Both the position numbers and the translations under genes were made by a program. Shown one piece after another: positions 13,701-24,010 of a stretch of DNA of 64,000 bases. The notes under the pieces are model-generated. The model was not told where the DNA came from. It did not search any database and worked only from the letters and a program-made list of their open reading frames with translations. This stretch comes from Zancudomyces culisetae HAW-14-8 (lineage: Eukaryota; Fungi; Kickxellomycota): positions 558,001-622,000 of the forward strand of contig JBNJNM010000009.1 in NCBI GenBank assembly GCA_052426225.1, written 5' to 3'. Each line of letters begins with the position of its first letter. Position 1 is the stretch's first letter.

Positions 13701-13838
13701 GATAAAATAATAAGCAAGTCTTAATAGTTAGTTAGAGTTTCGAACAAAACAAGTAGATAATTAACTTTTCTATTAAATTTTAAACCAACTAAATACGAAT
13801 AACTACGACTACTAGCAGAAAAGGGTCGAAAGTTAACA
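10752..13838 (+). mobile_element. Family B copy 2, internally deleted (5' LTR 10752-11170; RT joined to the distal part of the 3' LTR)
   Basis: Nearly identical to copy 1; junction at AAAATAA 13704-13710; TSD AATT at 10748-10751 and 13839-13842. Confidence 0.93.
11241..13724 (+). pseudogene. Truncated family B gag-PR-RT (no RNase H or integrase)
   Basis: 827-aa ORF matching copy 1 up to ...GTTNDKI, then reading into LTR sequence. Confidence 0.9.
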
Positions 13839-13845
13839 AATTCAA

Positions 13846-13927
13846 GTCAGTGTGTCCGAGCGGTTAAGGAGATAGACTTGAAATCTATTGGGCTATGCCC
13901 GCACAGGTTCAAATCCTGTCGCTGACG
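13846..13927 (+). tRNA. tRNA-Ser(TGA)
   Basis: Acceptor GTCAGTG/CGCTGAC, anticodon arm ATAGA-CT-TGA-AA-TCTAT, long variable arm, GGTTCAAATCC. Confidence 0.97.
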
Positions 13928-13929
13928 TT

Positions 13930-14000
13930 GCGTAGATGGTTTAGTGGTATAATTGCCGCCTGCCACGCGGCAGACCCGGGTTCGATTCCCGGTCTACGCA
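13930..14000 (+). tRNA. tRNA-Gly(GCC)
   Basis: Acceptor GCGTAGA/TCTACGC, anticodon arm GCCGC-CT-GCC-AC-GCGGC, GGTTCGATTCC. Confidence 0.97.
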
Positions 14001-14005
14001 TTGTA

Positions 14006-14010
14006 TTTTT
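14006..14010 (+). terminator. Pol III oligo-T terminator for the Ser-Gly pair
   Basis: First T-run of 4 or more after the pair; none between the two tRNAs. Confidence 0.7.
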
Positions 14011-14179
14011 AGTATGTAATGTTTACTAAAAGCTTTTATATATATACTTTTTATAACTGATAGATTATATAATTTACTAATAGATCGCAATAAATACATA
14101 ATTTATAAATAACATCTTGATTTTTGATTCAATAGCTTTTATAACATTTTAATTATATATTGTATATTATTTGACCTAA

Positions 14180-15729
14180 TAATGTGAATTCAAAAATTCT
14201 TTAAATATTGAAAATTAATATCATAGCGAATTATCAATTTCAATACTATCCTGAAATCATTCACTTTATTATTAAACTATGCACACTATACTATCTATAA
14301 TTTGTTTAATATATAAAAATATTGGTAAATAATTCATTAAGAAATTTTATATTGAATATAATATAATAATAAGACAATTTTGGGAAATTTTCAAAAAAAA
14401 ACTTTAAAATTCTGTCCACCTTCCTTTAGACTTGATAACTGCCTCAACTCTTTTGGGCAATCTATCTATAAGTCCAAGTATTAATTCCACTATAATTCGA
14501 TGCCATTCCGTTTCTATTCGCTCCCATAATTCGATCATCCCGAACGGAGGTTTACTGTACCTATTTAGGCGTCTTACGGTGATTGCCCATATAGTTTCGA
14601 TTGGGTTTAAGTCTGGAGATTGTGGTGGCCAGTCCAATGTATTATATTTCTGGTTTTCAAGCCAGTATGTAACTAACTTTGCGGTATGTTTAGGATCATA
14701 AACATGTTGAAATATTATTGACTTGGGATCCAACTTGTAGTACTTTATTGTATTGCTAAGCTCGTCTTTTAAAATGTTTAAATAATCTTCCTTGTTTCAC
14801 ATTCCTTCTATTCGGCACATGTAGCCAGTTCCAAATGCTGTGATGCATCCCCAAATCATTAATGATCCACCACCGTGTTTTACGGTCTGGTTAATATTGT
14901 GCGGCTGTAGACTCACACCATCACGAACCCAAGTCCATACATTTCCATCAGATCCAAATCGGTTGATTTTAGTTTCGTCGGACCAAAATACTAGTCTCCA
15001 ATCATTAGTAGTCCAGTGGCGATGAGATTTTGCGAATCTCAACCTTTGTACAATATTTTTAAGGCTCAGTTTCGGTTTGGAGGTTTTTTTATTTGCAACG
15101 GCTTATAAATCATTTAATGCCCTATGTATTGTAGACTTACTAGCACTAACAATATATCGATTTCTAACTTCCATTGTATTGAAGTAGCAGATCGTTACTC
15201 TCCAGATAATATTTTCAAGTACATATGCTTGCTTTGGGGTGAAAGCTTTGTTGGACGACCTCCTGAGTTAGATGAGTTTTTTTTCTGAATATTAGCTAGA
15301 TTCTTTATATTGTTGACTTGCTGACTCAACATGATTTTGAGATCTGGCTATAACTTTGTTCTTCAAATAGAGCATTTTGGATTTTACTATTTTTCTGGCT
15401 AGATAACTTTTACATATATGGAGTTTAGGATTTAATTTATATAATGTTGTACAATATGTGTTACAAGTTTAAATGAATTTATTATTATTCCTATATTAAT
15501 AGAATTTTTATTTATGTTTAGAAAAAGTCTTAAAACTGTTACAATGTTTTAATTTTTATAATATAAATTTCTTGATGTTATATAAACCAATTAAAATTAC
15601 TAATTTTATGTAATTGGGCCTTTATTATATAATTCATATGTATAAATTTAGTTACAATGTATATTATTGGAGGAATAAATTTCATTGGAACATTTTTTAT
15701 TATACATTGAAACAGTATTGAGTATATTG
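14180..15729 (-). mobile_element. Degenerate Tc1/mariner DNA transposon
   Basis: WSDETKINRFG, VKHGGGSLMIWGC and WPPQSPDLNPIE fragments (14404-15042); eroded ends resemble the TIR at 29940-29996; boundaries approximate. Confidence 0.85.
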
Positions 15730-16440
15730 TAACTAGATTAAAGAAATTAAATTATTATAATTATATCTATATATAATTTTGTAATAATATATATTTTAAA
15801 TTTTGATAAATTTTAATAGAACAATAGTACAAATTTGTTAATAGTTAAATAATAAAATAAACCCGATAACTGTGCGAGGAGAATCAAACATGATATTACA
15901 TATGAGGCTAGTTTATAAATTAGCTGATTCTACTGTTATTCGAACTAGTTTAAAATAGATTTTACCTTATAGAATTACAATGTAGTATTAATGACAATAT
16001 ATTACCTGTTTGTGGTTATAAATTATATGCAACATATATCTCCACATGACATGTATCATTTAATTTATCGATTAAAACAATAACATTTTCCAACCTCCAC
16101 ATTAATATATATAATGTTAAAAATATTATTAGATTAATGTTAGAATTTTGTTGAATATAACAATATCGTCCCATATAGCAGAATAATCATTATACATATT
16201 TTATGATGGAAAGATAAGTTTTACAACGAGTTTAGTTTGTATAGTATATTTAATTTGATTCCAGTATTTTAAAAATTAATTTTTCCAAGACTAGATCTTG
16301 CATATCAGATTTTGACTGACATAATAATGTATTTATAAAGAGAATGGTTAAATATTATCAAAAATATTAATAAAAAATAACAATGCATAAAAAATATATA
16401 TATGGGTATAAATTATAAAGAGTTGCATTACATTTGCAAA

Positions 16441-16512
16441 AGGAGCGACCGGGAATTGAACCCGGGGCCATTCGATCTGCAATCGAATGCTCTGCCGCTG
16501 AGCTATCACTCC
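16441..16512 (-). tRNA. tRNA-Cys(GCA)
   Basis: Acceptor GGAGTGA/TCGCTCC, discriminator T, anticodon arm TTCGA-TT-GCA-GA-TCGAA. Confidence 0.96.
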
Positions 16513-16514
16513 AT

Positions 16515-16586
16515 GGGCTTGACCGGGGATTGAACCCGGGGCCTCTCGCACCCAAAGCGAGAATCATACCACTAGACCATCAAGCC
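16515..16586 (-). tRNA. tRNA-Pro(TGG)
   Basis: Acceptor GGCTTGA/TCAAGCC, anticodon arm CTCGC-TT-TGG-GT-GCGAG. Confidence 0.97.
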
Positions 16587-16594
16587 GTTGTTAT

Positions 16595-16816
16595 TGTTGT
16601 ATAATACATGTTTAAGGTCCTACTGAGTAATATAATTACCCAGTATTATACAGGACGGGACTTTTATTATTATATAATAGTACTATAATTATTGTGGGAG
16701 AAAAAGACAATTTATTAATTAATTCAAAACTAGACTATTTAATGCATAAAATAATGCTATTTAAATTAACCAATAAAATACAAGGAAATACAGGTATATA
16801 TTTCTACTATATAACA
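16595..16816 (-). repeat. Solo LTR 1 of the tRNA-Pro stack (same family as 17279-17499 and 45186-45408)
   Basis: TGT...ACA ends; perfect TSD TTAT (16591-16594, 16817-16820); 8 nt from the tRNA. Confidence 0.9.
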
Positions 16817-16821
16817 TTATG

Positions 16822-17274
16822 TGTTAGCGAGTTGGTTTTTTATCCTCGCTTAATTAAAAACTGTTATTTACTTTGATAACTAAATATGTATTTTACTATA
16901 TTTGTTCAAGTTTAAAATATATATAAGTTATAGACTTCTAGTAAATAGATCAAAACGGAATTTATTGATATCATTCGACTTACTGAAACACTTCAAGTAT
17001 TTATAACCTAAAAACTAACTAATACTTAATAAACTACTATAAAACTATATAATAATTAAAACCTATTTTTTTATTATTAATTCTAATCTAGAAAAAACCC
17101 GAAGATCAAAAAAACTAAACTAGAACCTTGTAATGTTAAATAAACTAATTATAAACCTTAGCAGATCATATATTAAGACCTACAATATTAATAATCTAAA
17201 TATTATAAATAAACTAACCTAATTGGAGTGCCGATTATATTGTGGTTAGAGGTGATCTACGCCACTATATAACA
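16822..17274 (-). repeat. Solo LTR 2 (distantly A-like)
   Basis: TGTTAGCGA...CCACTATATAACA ends; flanks TATG/TGTG. Confidence 0.85.
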
Positions 17275-17278
17275 TGTG

Positions 17279-17499
17279 TGTTGTATAATTACATGTTTAA
17301 CTTCCTACTGAGTAATATAATAACCCAGTTTTTACAGGACGGGACTTTTATTATTATATATTAGGTCTATAATTATTTTCGGAGAAAAAGACAATTTATT
17401 AATTAAATCAAAACTAGACTATTTAATGCATAAAATAATATCATTTAAATTAACCAATAAAATACAAGGTAATACAGGATATATTTCTACTATATAACA
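17279..17499 (-). repeat. Solo LTR 3
   Basis: Close direct repeat of 16595-16816; flanks TGTG/AGTG. Confidence 0.9.
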
Positions 17500-17503
17500 A
17501 GTG

Positions 17504-17938
17504 TGTTAGCGAAACACAGGTTTACATCACAATATTGTTTATTATATATTTATTTTGATTGAAATACTATACATAGTACTATGTTTAAAATTGTTTTCAC
17601 TATAGTAATTAGCTAAATTAAATAGACCAAACTTAAATAAACTATATTTATTTGGTAATGATATACTAAATGAATATCTAGCCATATTTATACATTTTAA
17701 AGATGACAAATACAATATTCTGAAATCATTTTATACTAATTAATAAAAAAATCCTATAATGTATATAATAAATTGAACTAGAGTGTTGCTGTAGAAAAAA
17801 TCCGAAGGATAAAAATACTAGGCAACACATAATATCTTATATTATATGATAAACCTAAATATTAATATAATAGTATATATATAATTGGTAAGTTAAAATT
17901 AGAAAATGACTATAGGTAGCTCTAGCCACTAGATAACA
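17504..17938 (-). repeat. Solo LTR 4, family A-related
   Basis: Reverse-complement similarity to 60-516 and direct similarity to 63361-63823; flanks AGTG/CGTG. Confidence 0.9.
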
Positions 17939-17942
17939 CGTG

Positions 17943-18394
17943 ATTTAGCGATTTATGTTTTTAAATGCTATATTATATACTTATTTTGTTAACTAATATA
18001 TATTAGGAAATATTTTTAATCTAGTTTTCATTATATATATTAATGACTTTAGATAATAGACCAGACAAATATATGTGATTTATTTGATAACGCTACTACA
18101 ATATAAAAATATGTAGTATTTGTAATATTAGAATATACTATAATTTACGTATTAATATACCTAAACTACTAATAAACCAATAACTATTTTTTATATATTT
18201 GTTCATGCCTATAAATAATCCTAAAATGAAAAAAACTCTGCATGCACCTAGAGTTTATGAATAAACTAATAATGTACTATACAGATCAAATATTATAATC
18301 TACAAAAAGTTTTATGAAATTAATATAATAAAACCAATATTATTAGAAGTTAGATTATATAGTGACTAAAGGTGATATGCGTCGCTATATAACA
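17943..18394 (-). repeat. Solo LTR 5 (distantly A-like, eroded proximal end)
   Basis: Ends ...CGCTATATAACA; TSD CGTG (17939-17942, 18395-18398). Confidence 0.8.
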
Positions 18395-18398
18395 CGTG

Positions 18399-18759
18399 TA
18401 TTAACGAATTTATATTATATATAGAATATCCGTATATTTATAGTTATATTGATTTATATGGATATAAGTGGCGTAGAATCTACTTGTAGCTTCGATTACT
18501 GGGCTCACTTAATTCGTTATAACGATCTTAAAAATATCTACTAATAGTTAAATACAGCAAACTCTTAGTATGTTTTTATTAATTTGTAAACTGATATGAT
18601 AAGAACCTAAACATACAATCTTTTTTCACTATAAAAAATCCTTACTAAAATAGCCAAATTAAAAAGATTCCAAATTTTAAAATAATTTTGATTACGTATT
18701 TCCATGAATTTTTTCAATTTCCATACACTATTTTTATAAAGTATAAAAATTATACGACA
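18399..18759. repeat. Solo LTR 6
   Basis: TATTAACG...TATACGACA ends; TSD CGTG (18395-18398, 18760-18763). Confidence 0.7.
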
Positions 18760-18761
18760 CG

Positions 18762-21700
18762 TGTTGTAAAATTCGTTTTCATTTTTTAGTATAGTCCAAT
18801 AGGATTTTTTCAAAAAACTTCCTCTAATATCAATCACGGGTATCTAGAAGGGTGGTTATTACTGATACTGGATTTACTATTTCTAGCCAGTTAACCACTA
18901 TCGTTAAAACCCATTCGGAAAGAACACTTCTGGACAATTACCACAATTTTTGGTAAAAATAATTTTATTTAAAAGAATTCCTCCCAAAACCTGGATAATA
19001 TAGACAAAATGGCCCATTCCTTACACTAAAAAAATAGTATTTCTCCGCTTTATATATTTTTATTTTTACTTTTAGTGTGGTTATGGTCGGATTTACAAAT
19101 ATTTCAATTTATACTAATAATTTACTAATAAAATTGATTAAAAATAAATCCACTAATAAATTATAAAATCGATTCGACTAAAAAATAAATCGATTTGTAC
19201 TATTAAAATGGCTGTAAAGTTGACAAAAATTTATGACATGGTCATAATTTTTGTACTCTAAATTGAATTGCGCAGGAAACAATTTTTTCAAAATTGATTT
19301 CTCTGCTATTTTGCTGCAATGAAAGCGGTAAATTTAAGTTGATGCTTTTGCATACAACAATGTCCCCCCTCCAGCTTTCGCTCCGTGATTAATTCCTGTA
19401 TCTTCTGATCTTAGTTCTTAAAGAACTTGGAACTACTTCGGGGACCATTCTTTCTGAACACTTGTAGGCCTTTAATCTATCGCCGTTCACTGTATCCATG
19501 TTTCCGTCTGGGTCTTTGATCAAATACACGCCTTTTGTGTAACACTTGATGATTTCGTAAGGACCTTCCCAGATTGGGTCAAACTTGCCTCCAGGTCCAC
19601 TTATTCTTTTTAATAATAGGTCTCCTTCTTTGAACTGATAACGCTTTACCACTTTGTCGTATCTCTGCTTCATTACTGACTTTGACTTTGCGTTATTTTC
19701 CATAGCTTTTTCTCTCATCTTTGGAATACTGATCTGCACGACTCTCATTCTCTGCAATATCTCTTCCTCTAAGTTATCAATTTCAGCCGGCGGCATCCAA
19801 GTTGATGGTGTTTGCATTTTTACACCATATAACATCTCTGATGGACTGAACCCAGTAGATCTGTTTTTCATTGATCTAACAACCAGTAGGGCTTTCCAAA
19901 TATAACTATCCCAGTTGTCTCTGTCCATTACGCATATTTTTGCTAAGACATTCTTAAATGTTCTATGAAATCTCTCGACTTGCCCGTTAGTCTGAGGCCT
20001 GAAAGCAGTGGTTGGTGTGTGTTTTATTCCCAACTGCTTGTATAACTCCGTAGTTATTTCTGATACAAATGAACTGCCTCTGTCTGAAATTAACTGAGTT
20101 GGTACTCCAAACTCCTGTACTACCTTACTTAACAGAAATTCTACAATGGTTTCTGACTGGAAATTTGTTACTGGTACCGCAATGGGCCACCTAGTAAAAT
20201 AGTCTATCACCGTGATGATAAATCAATTCCCAGAATTTGATATAGGGTTAATGGGTCCTACTACATCTATACCCATGATTTGGAATGGTGCAGGCGCAAT
20301 TATCGGATGCATTTCCGTTCTTCTAAATTCGCCTTCTTCAAATTTTTGGCACCGTTCGCATTCTTGTACCACTTCTTCTACAATTTTACGCAAGCCTCTT
20401 CCTACATATTTATTTTTCACTCTATTGAGAGTGTTTAGAATCCCTTCGTGTCCTTCTTCATGAATTTCTCTTATCATTAACTTAGCATTGTCGCTGTGTA
20501 ACACTTCTCGGATTCCTGATTCCCTAGAGTACTTGCATACTTTACCGTTTACTAGTTTATACGGCTTTGTTCTTTTTCTTAGCTTGGCTCTGAACTCCTC
20601 ATCAGCTCGTAGCGGGTAGCTGAAATCTCTGAGGTAGTTCTCAATGGCTTTATGATGTAAGACATCGATTACCATTAGTTCCTCATACTTTGTTATCTTG
20701 TTTTCCTTTTCTCCGGTCTCTACGTTCCTGAATAAATAATCAGTAGGATTATTTGGACCGCGGCAATGCTCCAATTCAAAGTCGTACTCTCTTAGGAACA
20801 TGGCCCATCTAGTGACTCTTCCATTTAACTCTTGAGAATCAAAAACTTTTAACAATGCCATATGGTCGGTTCGAATCTTGAACCTCTTTCCCCACAGGTA
20901 GTGCTTAAACTTTTTGACTCCCCAAACTACTGCCAATCCTTCCAAGTGTGTGATTGAGTAGTTCTGTTCATGCCTGTTGTTTGTTCTACTGGCATATGCT
21001 ATGGGTCTTATTTCCCCATTTTGTACTTGAGATAGAATTGCCCTCAATCCAATTCCAGATGCATCCGTTGTGAGTATAAATGCCTGTTCCCAATTTGGGT
21101 GTGCCAGAGTCGGTGCTTCTGTTAGTTTTTTAATTAGTGTTTTAACCGACTCTTCACAACTTGCGCTCCATGTCCAGGGTACGTCCTTCTTTAATTGCTC
21201 TGTAAGCGGCTTTACTATCAATGCGTATCCCTCTATAAATTTTCTGTAGTAACCTGTGAGCCCCAAGAACAATTGAATCTCTTTGACGTTCCTTGGTGCG
21301 GTTACTTTTTCCATGGCCTCTATTTTATCCTTGTTGGTAGAAATGCCATGTTTAGAGACCGTATATCCCAGATACTTGATTTCGGTCTTTGCAAACTCAC
21401 ATTTTTCTTTGTGGAGTTGCACCTTGTGTTGCTTCAATAACTCAAACACTTCTCTAAGATGTTGAGTGTGGTCTACTGTGTTCTTTGAATAGATGATTAT
21501 GTCATCTACAAACACAATAGCAAACTTCCAGAGTACTTTTGCCAGTACTCGTTCCATCATCTTTTGGAATGTTGCCGGACTATTGCATAATCCAAACGGC
21601 ATTACATTATAGCAATACATACCATCACCTGGTAATGCAAACGAGGTCTTGTGTTTATCCGCGCTGTTCATACGTACCTGCCAGAATCCACTCATGGCAT

Positions 21701-22853
21701 CGACTACACTGAATACTCCTGCTTCTCCGAATGCTGCCAGTATGTCGTCAATTATGGGTAGAGGATAAAGATCTTTTCTGGTAATCATGTTGAGTTTGCG
21801 GTAGTCAGAACAGATCCGAAGTTTTCCGTTTTTCTTTTTGACTACAACTACCGGTGCGCACCAGTCTGATTGACATGGCTCTATGATCCCTCTTTGTTCC
21901 ATAATTTTTAGTTCTTCCCTCACCTGTTCCCTTAGGTGGTGAGCTATTCTGTATGGTCGCACTCTTACTGGGTTTGAATCTCCAGTATCAATACTGTGTT
22001 TCAACACATTTGTTTGCTGGAGTTCTAGCAAGTCATCCACGAATATCTCTGCATACTCTTTGAGCACTTCTGCAATATTTTCTGGTAGTTTTTCTTTCTG
22101 TTCGCGGTTATCGACTTCCTTGATCATCGAGTAGTATTCATACTCGTTTGTCTGTTTTGGACCATCTGTTTCAGTTATCATCAGTGAAACTACAACGTCC
22201 CCTTCTACCGTTGGTAAGAGCAGCTCCATGTTGCACAAATCGATGTTGGCCTGGTGTTTCAGTAACCAATCTGCTCCCAACACCATCCGGTTTAATCCTC
22301 CTTCCATAACTACTAAATCTCCTGGGAAGATGAACCCTGCTATAACAAATGGAACATCTCTGATTATTCCCAGTGTCTCATGCTTGGTGCCATCAGCGGT
22401 TATGAGCATTGAGTGATCTTTTTGCTCAATCTTTAAACCTAACATTCTACAAATTGCTCTGAGATTACTGATCATGCTGCACCTGTATCAATAACTGTGA
22501 GCTGGTGCTTTCCAAATACTTCAATATAAGCTTTGCAGTTTGTGGTGGTTGTCCTATCTTCTACAATGGTGTTCAGCTCCTTGGCTTCTATCTTCTTAAA
22601 GAGATCGACCAACTCTTTCCTGATTTCGGGTGAAGACTGTAACAATTGACCAAGTGAAATATCTGGTTTTAATTTATCCAACTCTGAACCTATCGAAAAC
22701 TTTTGAATGTTCTCCGATAGTTTAATATCCATTTTCTTCCTAACTCTTAGGGTAGCTGGTTTGATTACTGGTCCCGTCTTGTTAGGTTCTTTTTGTGCCA
22801 CACGGATTTTTGCATGAGCTGGCTGAAAATCCAAGCCATTGTTTTCGTCTCTC
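18762..22853 (-). mobile_element. Ty3/Gypsy family C, 5'-truncated (3' LTR 18762-19359; degenerate gag end and pol 19389-22853)
   Basis: PPT GGAGGGGGGA just before TGTTGTATGC on the minus strand; IDTGAA, FVDD, TDAS, integrase and GPY motifs. Confidence 0.92.
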
Positions 22854-23066
22854 TGTCATGGCCAATCAGGTGACATTTAACCTCCCATAACAATTATTCT
22901 TATATTTACTTAGTATTTAATTAATATCATTTGCCTAGCTGTAATTCCATAAGAATTACAACCTGTTTAACTAATAAAACTCGTTCTGTGACATTTTGTA
23001 ATTCTTCTAACTCCTAGTTAGTCAGTCTAGTTTAGTTAGAAAAATTAATTAAATAATCTTAAGATT

Positions 23067-23978
23067 ATGGGTGAAACAGAACCAAAGACACCCGAAATTG
23101 ATAAGTTTTCCGGAGACGCGGAACAATTTGTTCCCTTCATGGCTCAGATCCGCAGACAGTTTTGGGCAAAATCAGATGCTTTTCCTACAGAAAAGAAAAA
23201 GATTGCTTTCATCAGTGCTCACTTCTCAGGTCATGCCGCCACTTGGTTTGACGATATACTTGAATCCGAAGCCCAGCTCCCAGAAACCGCACCTAAACTC
23301 TTGTCCTCATATGAAGAGTTCATGAAAAGTTTCAAGCTCAGATTCTCAGACCCCGGCCACAAGTCACGTGCAGTTCAGCAGCTCCACCAACTCAAGCAAG
23401 GTACTCTTTCCATTATGGCTTACGCAGTGGACTTTAGGAACTTGGCCAGAATATGTGATTTCGGTGAAGCCGCCAATATTGACATATTTAGGCGAGGTCC
23501 TAGTAACAGGATTACCCGACATCTGATCGCTACCAAAATGCCAGAAAAGTTGGATGAAGTAATATCTCTAGTAGTTGAGTTGGAAAACACAATTAATTCA
23601 AACCTCAGCTATATGAACAGATCCGAGTTCAGAAGTCCATATCCAGCAGCAAACCCGCTTCCAAGACAGCCCAGACCATTTCATCCAATGAACAAGCCGT
23701 TCCCAAATTACCAGCAAAATCAGTTTCAGCAACACGCGTACCAGAACCAGAACTTCCAGCGCCAGCCAAGACAGTACCACACTCAGACCCCAGAACCAAT
23801 GGATATTGATGTCGTTATCCCAAAGCCTAGAGGACCGTTAACAGCCGAAGAGCGCCAGAGACGTATCCTCAATAGCCTTTGCATTTATTGTGGTCAACCC
23901 GGCCACATATTGAGAAATTGTCCGTCACGTATCCCAAGACCTTCAGAGCCTAATTTAAAAGTCGAACCCCAGGAATAA
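23067..23978 (+). CDS. Chromovirus D Gag
   Basis: 303-aa ORF with PEPMDID motif and CIYCGQPGHILRNC knuckle. Confidence 0.92.
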   Translation: MGETEPKTPEIDKFSGDAEQFVPFMAQIRRQFWAKSDAFPTEKKKIAFISAHFSGHAATWFDDILESEAQLPETAPKLLSSYEEFMKSFKLRFSDPGHKSRAVQQLHQLKQGTLSIMAYAVDFRNLARICDFGEAANIDIFRRGPSNRITRHLIATKMPEKLDEVISLVVELENTINSNLSYMNRSEFRSPYPAANPLPRQPRPFHPMNKPFPNYQQNQFQQHAYQNQNFQRQPRQYHTQTPEPMDIDVVIPKPRGPLTAEERQRRILNSLCIYCGQPGHILRNCPSRIPRPSEPNLKVEPQE

Positions 23979-24010
23979 CCGGCAAGGTATTACTGGGGCT
24001 AACCGTATAA

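Noticed and set aside
16348-16567. Short minus-strand ORFs here and at 61835-62059
   Set aside because: They are translations of tRNA genes
16587-19359. CRISPR-like repeat-spacer interpretation of the polarised array
   Set aside because: Units are 220-600 bp LTRs with TG...CA ends and TSDs; no short repeats or cas genes; eukaryotic context
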